A DNA stretch of 64,000 bases from Eledone cirrhosa (Eukaryota): assembly GCA_964016885.1 (NCBI GenBank), contig CAXHJY010000529.1, positions 39,025-103,024 of the forward strand, read 5' to 3'. Numbering within the stretch: position 1 is the first letter of the stretch; each line of letters opens with the position of its first letter. Made by a program: the position numbers and the translations under genes. This document shows, in pieces, positions 25,578 through 40,127 of the stretch. The notes beneath the pieces are model-generated. The model made no database searches. It was not told where the DNA came from and saw nothing but the letters and a program-made list of their open reading frames with translations.

Positions 25578-28500
25578 GTGAGTTAGTTGCGAAAATGTAA
25601 AAAGTAATTGCCAGGAATTAGCTGATGTTTCAAATCTGAACACACTAGGCTGTCAGAAATGTGTGATCAATACAAGAATTGTCTTGTGTCTTTGTCTAAA
25701 GCAATATATTTGTAAGACAAGAATGATTCTTGTGTTGTTTTGGGGTTTTTTTTTTTTTTTTGTTCTCAAAGCAATACGTGTTTAATAGAATTACGCTTAA
25801 TGTCTTTAAGAAATATGAGTTAAATCCATGAAATCCTCTTTCTTGTTTATCCAAAATAAAAATAATGTATCTAAAGTAATAAGATTTAATGTAAAGTTTC
25901 GAGATGTTGGTCAAACAAAAGCTTCCTCTTAAGTAATAGTAAGCCATCCAGTGTTGACTGAGGCAAGACAAAAACTTGTAGCATATTCTAAAGCAAAACA
26001 CGTGAGTTATCTAGAGAACTAGATGTATAACATCTACCATATTCTAAAGTAAAACACGTGAGTTATCTAGCTAAATAAATAGATATATAACACAAGACTA
26101 TATCATTAGAAATGCATTTCTATTCAGTTAATTTCTTATTCCCCGTTTTTCCTCGTTACATTTACATCCTTTTTACATCTACACTGTCGGCGTTAGGAAG
26201 GGCATTCAGTTGTAGAAACCAAGCCAAAATATAGATCCGTCTGAGCAAGACTGTAACGTGTCGCTGGACCTGACTTGCTTCATAACGTGACAACCCGTCT
26301 AATACATGGAAACGTGGAAACATAGACGTTACATGATGATGATGACTATATAAAATATATTTTTTATATTCTAAGACAGGAATGAAGAATTCCGTTAGTA
26401 CTTAGGGCGAAACAAAAGTGCATAAGAATATGTGGGGACAAAAATAAGTGAATCTTTAATATTACAAGAGGCGGCGAATTGTCAGAGTCGTTAGAACGTC
26501 GAATGCTTTGTGGTATTCGTTCTGGTTCACTGCAGACCGAGTTCAAAACTCGAAGAGGTTGATAAAATAAGTACCTGTCCAATACTGGGCCCGATTCTTT
26601 CTCTCAGAAATCAGCTGCGTTCAGACTTGGATAGAGGATGGGATGCACCAGGTTTTAAAAAATGTCCAATATACTACGGCGTAACTACGACTTTATCAGT
26701 AATTGTGGCTCCACACACAATTTTACAAATTCATAAATATGTAATTTACATTAAAATTGTTATATTATATTTATGGCATAAATATCTAATTTATTCCAAA
26801 ACTATTCTTTTATTGTTATGGTATAAATATTCAATTTATATCAAAACTATTATATTAGTAGTTACGGCATAACTATGTAATTTATATCAAAACTATTATA
26901 TTAGTAGTTACGGCATAACTATGTAATTTATATCAAAACTATTATATCAGTAGTTTTAATATAAATTAACAAACGATTGCCATTTACTTTTGAATCGTTT
27001 TTGTTTTTACATTTGAAAAGAATTTAATAACCCTGAAGAAATATATTGAAATAAATTGGGTAAAACTATTACTTTATTTTGTTTGTCATCATTTACCATT
27101 TATATAGTTCTACCACATTGTATCAGCTTTTTTATATACTTAGCACTCATTTATTACTATATTACTGTTATGGCACAAATATACAATTTCTACTAAAGCT
27201 ACTTATATTATATAAATAGGCTTTGTTTACAAACGGCTAGCAAATAAAAAAAATTAGGTAGTAACATGTGCTTACGCCGTATTTGACTACATAGAGTTAA
27301 GTCTGTTAGTTGGGATTTAAAAAACCCCTCTGAATGGAAAAAAGGATGAGTATTGACATACATGGGACACAAACCCAATGTGTTACCATAGTAACACATT
27401 GGACCAATGTGTTACCATAGTAACACATTGGTCCGGCAAACCAAAGATGCGTCCTATGTACGTCAATATTCATACTTATATTAGATTTATGGTTACATGA
27501 GATTTTCTTACACGTGACGTTTTGGAAACCTCGATAGTGGGTAGCCTCAATGTTGAATGTGGGCAAATCTTTTTTCCCCGCAAGCGAGTTTCTTTAAACT
27601 GTCTCCATAAGAAATACTTTAATTCTCTCTAACTGTCGTGTACACTGTTCTAAGAACACTCCAGTCAGGCGGGTCTGTAATATTTACGCTACATAAATTA
27701 CTTCAATTCTAGAACAGGTTTACACAACTATAGTTATAGTTTCTTTAGTTTCTCTAAACAGAAACGAGACTGAACACCTAACGGCGTCAATTCTATCTCG
27801 TAGCCTTAATTTACTTCCACTTTTTCCCGCTAAAATTTGCATCAGCCATTTGTATCTACGTCAAACAGTCACTTTTCTCCCTCGCGTACTAAAGGAGATG
27901 GGATGCGGATGGAAACACACACATCACACACATACGAACAAACAAACAAACACATCTCTTTCAAAGCTATTTTCTGAGCTCATTCCTCTTTGCCTACATT
28001 TAATAGATGAAAATCAGGCTGTTTAGTGAGGGGAAAACAACAACAAAAGTGAAAAAAAAACATTTTAATAGTTATTTTATGCAGGAACGCCTAATGTGAA
28101 ATGAAACCGTCTTCACCCACCGCCGTCACACCCATACCACCACCCACCACCGCCATATTGGTTTAATGTTAATGTGTAAAGGCAACGAAGCAGCAGAAAG
28201 AGCAGAGCATCAAATGAAATACCAAGCAGTGTTTAGTTTCATTCCTATCTTCTGTGTTCAAATCCCACCAACTTAGAGTTGATTGAGCCCTTAATAGCCC
28301 AATAAATAAAGTAAGTATCAGGTATGTATCTTTTAGCAAGAGGAGGAGCAGCATCAACAACCCTTTAGGTTTCGGGGGTCTCCGAGACTGGTGGTGGTGG
28401 TGGAGAGAGGGGTGTTGTTAGGAAGATATCCTAAAATCTGGAAACCTAATCTGAGTGCTTGCAACAGAATAACAGAATAGTTTTTTGAAAGGTACCACCC

Positions 28501-28737
28501 CCAGGGGCCATGTGATAGAGTTAAACCGGGTGATAGATTAAACATACCAAAAATATGAGTTCACGACCGGATTTACTTTCAGAATGTAAATAGGATTGAA
28601 ACAAATACGGCAAGGCTCTAACATTGCTGTTAATGCCCCACCCTTAACTGGTACTTTGTTTATCGACCACGTAATATAAAATAGGTTTTGTTGTTGTAGA
28701 AGAAACGGTTGTTTTTATAATGAGAAATCCTTAATCG

Positions 28738-28920
28738 CTACCATGATGGTGTGCAGGGGCGTTCTCTTGTACGTAGGAGCCCATGTGCCGGTCGCCTCGT
28801 GGCCCCAACGGAGGACAGAATGTAGAGAACGTTGCCCCGGAAGATGGTAAGGGGGACACGATGGAGCATCCATTCTGATTGGCGGAGCTCAGTCATGCGG
28901 GAGGGTAACTCCATCCCCAA
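28738..28920 (-). mobile_element. Second 3' fragment of the same RLE/CRE-like LINE type
   Basis: The ORF reads ...SEWMLHRVPLTIFRGNVLYILSS..., and shares ggacagaatg with 56320. Confidence 0.6.
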
Positions 28921-29407
28921 TAGTAGTGATTAGTGTGGTGGATTTATAGATTTTTTTATTGGATGTTTATGTCAGAAACTAATATATTTACATGTGATTG
29001 TTTGCGTCATAGAAGACACTGAAACCATTCCTGAGGTAAACATCCGCATATAAACATCAGTTTTTGACTTACCACGACTTACTACAGTAAACCAAATTAG
29101 CAAGACATTCTTGAGAAGTACAAAACAGCATTAAGACTGCATCACATTAAAAATTCAGGTCTTTATTCTCTAATATTGCAAATTTTCACAACGATCTGTC
29201 CACTAGTAAAAATACTATAAACATTTGAATTAACAACCCCTGAATTTTTAGATATCTTCTACTAAATCATGATGCGATGTTAAGAGTTAAACACAACAAT
29301 GTTTTTGCATCAGACCTTTTCTTGCATAATATACAAGTAGTAGTAGTAGTAGTAGTAATGGTAGTCTACGTTAGATGCGTTAAGGACTAATGTTAAAAGT
29401 TCTAGAG

Positions 29408-29599
29408 CAGGCATGTTAAACTGAGCGTCCCCCAAAAACCACATGGGTCACATATGTGTTGTCTGAGGGCCACACATCGACAACTAATTGCACACATTAC
29501 AACTAATTTTATTTATTTTTTTATATTACGAAGATAAAACATGCTCGCGCTGTAAAAACCTTTGTATGTTTGTAAAGGGCCGCATGTTTGGCATGCCTG
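29408..29599. mobile_element. hAT MITE
   Basis: TIRs caggcatgttaaac / gtttggcatgcctg. 8-bp TSD ttctagag / ttccagag. Confidence 0.85.
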
Positions 29600-29749
29600 T
29601 TCCAGAGTATCTCCTGATAACAAACAAGGAGGTTGCTTTCGCTGAGCAGGATTTCAAATGTGATTGGAACAAAGAGAGAAAAAGAAAGAAAGCAACAAAG
29701 AAACTGTAAAACAACAACAAGAACAACAACAAAATTAACTGTATAATTA

Positions 29750-29917
<168 letters not shown>

Positions 29918-31304
29918 CTAGAAGGAAAACAAAGTAGAAGCATTAATTACCTTTCATTTTGTGTTGTTTTGTTTTGTAACGTAATATTGCCGCAAGTATA
30001 GCTATTTACACATACACCCTATGGCCACCTAGCGAGCTATTTACACATACACCCTATGGCCCCCCCAGCGAGCTATTTACACATACAACCTATGGCCCCC
30101 CCCCCAGCGGTCACGAATGACTATAGTTTTACACCTAGAAAGTTCCCCTGCAAGGCACAAACCTGGGCAAGGTTTGTTTGTGGAAGACCAGCAGTCACCC
30201 ATGTATACCAGGTTCCCCTCTCCATGCCACCGATGTTGTCCCAGAGAAAGTCAATGGCCGATACATCTTGGCATCAGTGACATCGTAACTTATTTCTACA
30301 GCTGAGTAAACTGGAACAACGTCTGCCTGGCCCGTCTCCGTAGCCTCCGTGAGAACAACGTCAGCCAAGGGCCTTGTTTCAGGGGGGGGGGGGGGGGGGT
30401 TACCAGGGGACAAGTCCCCCCCCCCACACACACACACACACAGACACACTTTTTTGCTTATTTGATATAATAAATTCTTTTAAAGCTTATTTTTTTATAA
30501 CTGAATTTCATTTGAATATAAAAAAATTGAATTGGCGTAAAACTTTCCTCATGTGATAGGGTCCGGGGAAGGCACCGTAAGCAATACTAACAGGCTCCTT
30601 TAAGGACCAACAAATGTTGGTTTGTCCCCCCCCCCCTCACATTTTAAAGGTTTGTCCCCCCCCCCCCCCCCCCGCCCTCACATTTTAAAGGCAACGAGGC
30701 CCCTGACGTCAACAATATGAAAATCAAGAATTGCTGAAGCAAGATGGTTGGATAACATCGATATGGTCGGATAGATTCGCTCGAGGATCCACTCGGATCA
30801 TTTGGAGACGGTTGTTTCTGATATAACTCTTTCTTTGGAGCAGGAGAGGGTGAATGTCCAAAAGACTCTGCTGTCCATTCCACACGGAAATAAGTATTCA
30901 AAGAAGAAAAAGAAATAAGGAGCAAGACAAAAAGAATGAGGAAAGGACGAGAAGTAGAAATAGTACTACTACTAGTGGTAGTAGTAGTGGTTATAGTAGT
31001 AGTAGTAACAGTAGTAATAACAGTAGCAGTGGTAGTAATAGTAACAGCAGTAATAAATATTGCCGAAAATAGTAGTAGACAAGGGCGAGACTAAGACCAG
31101 TCAGGCAGCTAGTGTAAGTTCACAGACATAAACAACTGCCATTAGTAAATCGGGGAGTTGGCAGAAATACAACAATTACTGCTTCATTCCAAACATCGGA
31201 ATTTATTATTATTATTATTATTGAAAGCTTTGATGATTTCCGTAATCGGTGACTTAGTAAATATATCTTGATCTTCTGTGGCTAGCAGGGAAAAACTGAC
31301 GTTA

Positions 31305-31641
31305 GATGATGATGGTGATGGTGGCGGTGGTGGTGATGATGGTAGTGGTAGTTGTGGTGGTGATAGTGGTGATGGTAGTGGTGGTGATGGAGATAGTGGT
31401 AGTGGTGGTGGTGGTGGTAGCGGTAGTGGTGGTGATAGTGGTGATGGTGGTGGTGGTGGTAGTGGTGGTGGTGGTGGTGATGGAGATAGTGGTAGTGGTG
31501 ATGGTAGTGGTGGTGGTGGTGGTAGCGGTAGTGGTGGTGGTGATGGAGATAGTGGTAGTGGTAGTGGTGGTGGTGATGGAGATAGTGGTAGTGGTGATGG
31601 TAGTGGTGGTGATGGTGGTGGTGATAGTGGGGTAGTGGTGG
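31305..31641. repeat. Degenerate (GGT)n microsatellite
   Basis: Directly visible. Confidence 0.95.
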
Positions 31642-32330
31642 TCTGATAACGATTGTCTTAAGAGAGCTGGAAGCGGGTAGGAAAGAGCCAGACAAATCAT
31701 CATTTTTACGTTCATATTTCCATGCTAGCATGGGCTGGAAGAGAATGTTTTACAGCCGGATACCCTTCCAGACGCCAACCTTTTTAGTTGCCTCTTACGA
31801 CACACAAGGAGACGGTGTACGACGCCTCAATACCAAAGGTTTGTAGATTGCCAAATGTTGGTTGATTTCAGGGTATTTGGCCGACGATCGTAAGTTCATG
31901 AGTTCAAATCCCGGCGGCGCGATGTGTCCTTGAGTAAGACACTTTATTTCACGTTGCTCCAGTCCATTCAGATGGCAAAAACAATGAGTTATACCTGTAA
32001 TTCAAAGGGCCAGCCATGTCATATTCAATCTCGCGCTGAATCTCCCTGAGAACTACGTTAAGATTACATGTCTCAACCACTTACACGTTAATTTCACACA
32101 CAGTCTGTTCCGTTGATGCGATCAACCGGAACACTCGTCGTGGTAACCGACGGAGTGCCAAACGTGGAGGGGATAGACGGGGATGGGCAAAGAAAATTAA
32201 ATCAAACCCGGCGCACTTGACTGTTAATATATTTTTATAAAGTACCAGTAATATACTGGTCCTAATAGAAGAGAAAAACAAAGGTGTGAATGTCAAAATA
32301 TAAAAGATTTACTAATATATCCTGTTAGAC

Positions 32331-32516
32331 CAGTGATTGTCAACCAGTGTGCCGCGAAATTTTGAACGGCACACAGCGAACAAAAATATTATATATGAAA
32401 CAGTTAATAAATATATATGAAAAATATTATTTTTCATATATATTAAGCCAGGTATGCCGCTATTTTTTCATGTGTTCCAAGGTGTGCCGTTGGCAAAAAA
32501 GGGTTGAGAACCACTT
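32331..32516. mobile_element. hAT (Charlie-like) MITE
   Basis: TIRs cagtgattgtcaacc / ggttgagaaccactt. TSD tgttagac / cgttagac. Confidence 0.85.
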
Positions 32517-32772
32517 CGTTAGACTAACCTGATAACCACAACGGGCAGATCGGTGTAAGAGCGTTTCACCAGAGTTCTTATTTATTGCTAATCTGCGAAT
32601 TTCAAGTGGCATCGGAATACTGTTACTCGTCTGTAAGTAGAAGAAGAAAATAGATGAGAAAAGAAAGAAACATTATCATAATTCAAGATATTATATTAGA
32701 AAGATATTCATTATTTTTTTTTATTACATGTTCTGTTCTGTCACTAACCTCTCGCCTATATCTGTCTATTTT

Positions 32773-32801
32773 CTGATGAAAGGACTGGCGTCCGAAACGT
32801 T
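32773..32801 (+). ncRNA. Minimal type-I hammerhead ribozyme in a PLE end
   Basis: CTGATGA-AA-GGAC-TGGC-GTCC-GAAAC-GTT, followed by gcgtaaaaccaata and then a TA/CA tract. Confidence 0.75.
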
Positions 32802-32992
32802 AAGACCATCTACCTATTATATAAAGCGTAAAACCAATATATTTTTTCGTTGTACTGTGTCGTTTGCCTTTTGCATATGCATACATACATATATATATAT
32901 AAATATATATATGTAAGTCAAGGAAATACGAAACGAACGAACGAATAAGAAGATGCAATAATAAAGTGTATTAGTTTCACGCTTGGAGAAAG

Positions 32993-33044
<52 letters not shown>

Positions 33045-33370
33045 GTTGTGAGTTTGATTCCTGGACCGGGCGATGCGTTATGTCCTTGAGCAAGACACTT
33101 TATTTCACGTTGCCCCTTCTACCTGGAGTTGCGACCGATAGATAGTATTAGCAATTGGAAAGACCAATGGAAACACTGTTTCCTCGGTCCGATTTGACGA
33201 AAGTCGATCGTTAGGAATATATATATATATATATATATATTTATTTATTTATACAGAAATATATAGATTAAATATATGTTGGTCGTTTCTGTAGAGATGT
33301 AGGTCAGGTTGTTAGCCTCACGCCCCATCCCTTCTCCTCCCATCTCAACACAACACAGAGCGAAAATTAC

Positions 33371-33436
33371 CCTCGCTCTTCTTAACCCATGACTAGAGGG
33401 GGCGAACCCACTCGAGGAACAGTCAGAGCCGGACAT
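33371..33436 (-). CDS. Candidate first or alternative coding exon (MSGSDCSSSGFAPSSHGLRRAR)
   Basis: GC-richer unique island. ATG at 33436, open to donor AGG|gtaatt (phase 0). The other two frames are closed. Confidence 0.3.
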
Positions 33437-34206
33437 AGCCGAGCTTGGGAACAACTCCTCAATGTACATAGTATCATGTACGTAAACAGAGATAGAATAT
33501 ACAGGAGATTATTGAAACAAAACAAACAAACAAACGAAAAAAGGAAGTGGGTTTCGGGTGTGAAATTTATGCACGTGTGCAATCTGTTTGAAGTAGTGTT
33601 ATTGAAGGGGAGCTGTTATTCCACACAAATCCCAATATAAATAGGTGTGAACCCCCCCCCCCCCCCCCCCCCCTCAACAAAAGCAAAGTAAATGAGAGGA
33701 AAAGAGGAGAAAGAATAAAGATAGGGGAGAAAGGCAACACGTGAACAGATTGGTATTAGGGGACAAGATAACAATCTAGTTCGTTAATATTGCATAAATA
33801 GACTTGCATTATATATTACAATCTGTCAGATACAACGTAGCCGTCGTGTATATGTTTGTATGTGTATATATGTGTGTGTGTATATGTATATATGTGTGTG
33901 TATATGTATATATGTGTGTGTATATGTATATATGTGTGTGTATATATATGTGTGTATATGTATATATGTGTGTGTATATGTGTACACGTCTAAGGTTTTT
34001 TATGTAAGTATTTATGTGTATGTATATATGTATGTATGTGTTTACATGTGTGTATATTTAGGCAATATTAACAAAGTAGCTTGATATGTGTGTATATGTA
34101 TATAAGTATGTTTGTATAGACGGCTAATATTTTAAATGAAGGTATATTCGGTTTAATAAAACATTGTGTGTGGAGAGAGAGAGAGAGATGTGTATATATA
34201 CAACAC

Positions 34207-34265
<59 letters not shown>

Positions 34266-35922
34266 GTGTATATATACAACACACGCAATATATATATAGA
34301 GAGAGAGAGAAATACATAGAGAGACTTATGTATTATAAACATTACTAGTGAAATACTTCTGTTTATTAACAAATATTTTCTATTTGTAATTCTAACACAA
34401 TTGCTTCACGTATTGTTTACCTATTTACCTATGTATTTTTTACACTGAAAAAACAACAAAAAACTGTTTCTTGTGCAGCGATAGATTAAATGGAATCAGA
34501 AAAGTCAAAATACTGACAGCTGTTCGGTGAAATTGGTAAATACAACAAGGTAGATAGATACCTTTTGAAACAATTCAATAATAGAGAAGAAACAGAGAAC
34601 GGAGAGTGTGGTGGTGGCGGCTGGAGGGAGAAGTGGTGTTTTATGGACGTGTAATCGATAGAGATTGATCAGGTGCAATTTATCAAATTAGCTAACTCGA
34701 TAATGGTTTCTTGCTTTATTTGGCACAAGGTCAGAAATTTACAGTGGAGAAGGAATGGAATGTCTTGTGATTGTGTCCAAGTATTTCTCGATAATTTTAC
34801 AGACGTCAGAGGAAAAAGAATAGATTTTAAACTGCTACTCAAAATAAAATCTTGCAGACCTCTATGTGACATGACGAACGTACGTACCTTTTAGTCCAAC
34901 ATCTCCCTCTCTCTCTGAGATGCTGTCGACATATATCTAAGTACGGTCTAGGGACAAAGAGACGGCGATAACACTCAGCAATCTCTCTCTCCCTCTCTCT
35001 CTCAGCTAAACATACGGCAAGAAGAAGACTCTCGCGCAGGGCCTATGAGAGGGGGGGGGGGCGGTACTTTGTTCCGGGGCCCAAGAGCTAAGAAGGCTTC
35101 ACAGCAACCACGCAACATCCATTTTGAGAAAAATCTTTGCCTGCTTCGGGCCCGAAAGGGGTCTTGTACCACCTTGCAAAATTTCTCTTGGAGGCCTTGC
35201 TCTCACGTCACTTATGTGACCACCTTATGTTGTATATAGGACAGTAGACAAAATACACCTCCGACAGTAGACAAAAGTACCACCGACACCACAATTGTGT
35301 ACCAATAGAGTCATACTGACTGTTATACAACGTGACCTCAGTTATTTCATTTCTACTAATATACTCAACAAGCTACACTAGGGTCGGACATTCACCTGCT
35401 AAAGCCCTAAGCTATATGAAATTTGAGACCTTTCTCTAAGAAAATTCCGGTTAAAAAAATCTGAAATAATTAAAACATGATTATATTTTATATATATATA
35501 TAATCATTAGTTTTTTTACGTAACACTAAATCTTCAAAAATTATATATATAAAAATGTATTTTTTCAAAATGTGGCCCCCAAGGGCATGTTGCCCTAAGC
35601 TGTAGCTTATCTAACTTATAGGTAAGCCTACCAGTGTCAATATGTAGCCCTAGACTGTAGCTTATAGGTAAGCCCAGCAATGACTACAATCAGACCCCCG
35701 GGGGTATATTGCCCTAAGCTGTAGCTTATAAGTAAGTCCAACATCGTAGATGTACTTCTTAAACAGTCCTTTACAGAAAAGACTGTAACACAAACAAAAG
35801 AGAGTCCGTGTTATAGGAAGAAACAGAATTAAGTGATGTATAATAAACAGGAAGTTTAGTCTAATGTTTCAGTAACTGAAACTAAATTGTTTAGTATTCC
35901 ACGACAGACGTATGTTAGTGAA

Positions 35923-35996
<74 letters not shown>

Positions 35997-36182
35997 GAGA
36001 GAGAGAGAGAGAGTATATCCTGTTGCTTGGTGGAAATATCAACGTTATGGTATGATAACACGATAGATGAAGTTAATTATAACTAAACACTGTTACATTC
36101 TGGTTTAATAACCTAGAAGTGTGTGTAAATTGGTGTGGCAATCAGTATGCAGATATGCGTAGTACGTACGTTCGTACACACA

Positions 36183-36223
<41 letters not shown>

Positions 36224-36327
36224 AGACACACACATAACACAGAGATTACTTTCTGTTGTTACTCTGAGTTTTGCGGATTATCGCCGATCACGCAACCTTT
36301 TTCTCGTTTTTGTAAGCCTAAAAGTAA

Positions 36328-36363
<36 letters not shown>

Positions 36364-36399
36364 CAAACGAGTTGAATATTATTATTAATATTAAGAAAA

Positions 36400-36433
<34 letters not shown>

Positions 36434-36990
36434 TTTTTCTAATATTAATAATAATATTCAATTCGTTTGCAATTATGCAAACAACGTCTTAAGCCATGTC
36501 AGTATTTGTTATATATATATATATATATATACAATACATATATATATATATATACAATACATAAACAGAGAAAGCCTTAAGCGATACTCTGACCAACTCC
36601 ATCTCACTCAACAAACATTAGGATATACTAAAGTATAATCCCAATTATTTGGGGTGCTAACTAATCAGTATTTCGTGGATAATTGGTTGTATTATTTTAT
36701 ATGTATTATTTTATATGAGACACTATTAAATAAATATCTCATTTCTTCCATATATATAATTTTGTTTATCGTGAACTCGTGCGCCGATTTTTCGATACTC
36801 GATTATTCTACTATATATATATATATATATATAGTTTTGATATAGAAACTAGTAAAAAAATGTTATCGATCCCATAAGGGTGAGAGGCGGGATTTGAGAC
36901 TTGAACTCAGAAATTAAAGCACCGTAACTCTATGCTGCATGTTGTCTGACATTCTACCGAAACTACAAATCCGCCACGCTCACACCGCCC

Positions 36991-37025
<35 letters not shown>

Positions 37026-37314
37026 TAAGCATCATAGGGTAGATCAAATCGCTACTTTTCCTTGTTGATAATTGAGATGCAACATCTGAACGTTCAGCAA
37101 TCTGATCTGCTCTTCAAACACACACACACACACACACAGACACACACACACACATATACATATATATTGATTGCTGCACAATGCTGTCGACATATATCTA
37201 AGTGCGGTCTAGGGACAAAGAGACGGCGATAACACTCTCTCCCTCTCTGTATATATATATATATATATATATACAGAGAGGGAGAGGTGTGTCGGCAACA
37301 TCGTGCAGCTATAT

Positions 37315-37345
<31 letters not shown>

Positions 37346-37602
37346 GCTGCACGATGTTGCCGGCACATCTCTAAGTACGGTCTAGGGACGAGGAGAACGA
37401 CGATGACGATGCCGTTCTCAAATTTAAAACTTCACATAATGGGTAAATTTGAAATGAGTTGACGGAGTACATTGCACTCGTCAAAAGAAGGGGGTAAATA
37501 TTAAATTTGTGTTAGTAAAGTTAATGGGCAGCATTGGCTGTCGGAGTTGTTTGAACATGCTATAAATACCGATAGCAGCGAGCGGTGCAATGGCTTTCAA
37601 AC

Positions 37603-37679
<77 letters not shown>

Positions 37680-38017
37680 AACGAACTCCTTGGTGAAATG
37701 AAAGTTTTACGATCTATATACACATTATATATACATATTATATACACAATCTCTGACGGTGGTACAGCACTGGTGCTATATACCAGCTTGTGTATTATAT
37801 ATTATATATTCATCAGCACGCAAGCATACCACGCAGACATATGCGCACACGCACACACACAAATATATATATATACACACACACACATTCCTCATCACGC
37901 AAGCATACACGAGACATATATACACTCAGTACTGTAGGATATATATATATACTATATATATATATATAGTCATCTTCACGCGAGCATACACAGACACATA
38001 CACTCACATAGTAAGAT

Positions 38018-38048
<31 letters not shown>

Positions 38049-38676
38049 CAGACACATATCCACGTACAATTACACAGTAATGTGTGTGTATGTGTATGTG
38101 TATATATATGAGTGTGTACGTGTACACACACAATATCGGAGACTGTACTTAGTTCACCAGGATAAAGAGTAGGGTTGCTGTAATCGTTATCTGCAGAAAT
38201 AGAACGCCAGCGAGCGGCGCCTCATGTCAGAAATAATTCACTCGTGATCTTCCCGAGAGACATTAGAAGCGAAGTAGGAGGAAGGGGGATAAGATGGGTG
38301 ATGGTATCAGCAATGAATAAATAGCATAACTGAATATAGAGAAATAAAGAAATGAAAATTCGACTTTTATTTATCGCTTAAATGAGTATTTTGTTTTTAT
38401 TTTATTTTAGATTCTTAGCTTATTTTATTTCATTTCATTTCATTTTATTTCATTTTATTTTATATTTTTAACTATCTTTCGTTTGACCCAGCGGAATATC
38501 TGGTTACTAACTAACAGCTGTGTCGTCGTCGTTGTTGTTGTTGATGTATTATTAACTTGGGCGAAGGAAGAGGAGAATTATTGGAATAGGAAGCAGAAGA
38601 CAGATAAATAAATAACTTTACTATGTATGGCCTGAAAATATGTTCGATTTATTTTCTGCAATTTGTTTCATGCAAC

Positions 38677-38812
<136 letters not shown>

Positions 38813-39227
38813 GTGTGTGCGCGTATGTGTGTGTAAAATAAAGAGGATAAATCACACGTGACATGTGGTAAGGCGTGGCATCTTCCAGATTCCTGAAAAA
38901 GCTGACTGGGCTAAATACAACCGCCGTTGTCTTACTTCTTACGGGATGGGACGAGATGGAGTGGAATCAGTCGGGGAATTTTTTTGCAGATATTGATTGG
39001 ATTTCAGAATTTTTTTTTTTTTCCTTCGGTCACGAATTATGATGGGATTTGCACCTAGAAAGGTTCCCCTCCGAGGCCCAAGCCCAGGCCCAGGCAAGGT
39101 TGTTTTTACCATTAGAAGACCATTAGTTACCCATGCTTGCCAACCGATCTTCTCTCTCTCTCCCTGTCCACGCCACCAATGTTGTCAGAAAGTATACATT
39201 AGTTATCAAAGATAGTCCTAGACATAC

Positions 39228-39271
39228 AACTCAACAGAACTGGTGTCATTAATGGAGTCAACCTTTTGGTT
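39228..39271 (-). CDS. Candidate small exon (44 nt, NQKVDSINDTSSVE+TT)
   Basis: Acceptor ttccttctcttcag|AAC and donor GTT|gtatgt. Open in phase 0, so it could follow the 50728 donor. No homology support. Confidence 0.35.
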
Positions 39272-39510
39272 CTGAAGAGAAGGAACCAATCTTGTAGAAT
39301 CAACAGAACAATGGCAATAAAAATAAGATTTTTCACTATTTTGGTTGCAATCATTCCACTGTCTCGAAGAGTCTTGGCGATCATGTCAACCCCTCCACCC
39401 CAGTACTTAATCTATTTTGATTTCTCGAACTACATACAATGTTACAAGACAAAACCAAGAACACACACACGAACACAGAATATAAACGTATTTCATATAT
39501 ATATATATGA

Positions 39511-39722
39511 AGGCGTGTGGCTGAGTGGTTAGAGAATTGGATTCGCAATCGTATGGTTGTGAGTTCGATTCCTGGACCAGGCGATGCGTTATGTCCTTGA
39601 GCAAGACACTTTATTTCACGTTGCTCCTTCTACCTGGGGTTGCGACCGACAGATAGTATTAGCAATTGGAAAGACCAACGGAAACATTGTTCCCTCGGTC
39701 CGATTTGACGAAAGTCGATCGT
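39511..39722 (+). mobile_element. tRNA-derived CORE-type SINE
   Basis: A box tggctgagtgg, B box gagttcgattcc, core gtccttgagcaagacact. Other copies near 9770-9965, 31860-32060, 33042-33212, 48940-49098(-), 53685-53768(-) and 56090-56240(-). Confidence 0.85.
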
Positions 39723-39751
39723 TCCTTTATATATATATATATATATATACA

Positions 39752-39851
39752 CAGGGTGTCCCCAAAAAATGTATACATACTTTGATTACCTGTACAGGCA
39801 ATATTTATCAGAATACTGTAGAAGTACGTATACATTTATTGGAACATCCTA
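39752..39851. mobile_element. Tc1/mariner-type MITE
   Basis: TIRs cagggtgtccccaaaaaatgtatac / gtatacatttattggaacatccta in a TA context. A partial relative lies at ~21912-21990. Confidence 0.7.
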
Positions 39852-39993
39852 TATATATATATATATTTTTGTGTGTGTTGTGTGTTGTGTGTAAAAGGTA
39901 AACGGAAATAACAACACAATCGGTACAGTATATGGAAGGAATATATTAGTTTAACGCTTGAAATAGCAGGAAGAGGGTCCTAACGTTTCAGAC

Positions 39994-40047
39994 GCTAGGA
40001 TTCCACGCTCTCGCCGCGGTGGCCGGGTTCGTTTCCCCACTTAGGAA
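39994..40047 (+). pseudogene. 5'-truncated tRNA-Glu(CTC)-derived sequence (pseudogene or SINE head)
   Basis: gctaggatt-ccacg-CT-CTC-GC-cgcgg-tggccgggttcgtttcccc matches the D-arm end, anticodon arm and T-arm of metazoan tRNA-Glu. The acceptor 5' strand is missing. Confidence 0.65.
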
Positions 40048-40127
40048 AGTCTTTTTTTTCTTCTTTTTGTAATGACGGTGCCCCAGCATGACCTCAGCTT
40101 GTCGGCTGAGGAACACGTAATAGAGTA

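Noticed and set aside
30690-30900. Coding-looking island open in several frames
   Set aside because: No convincing acceptor/donor pair or recognisable motif on either strand.
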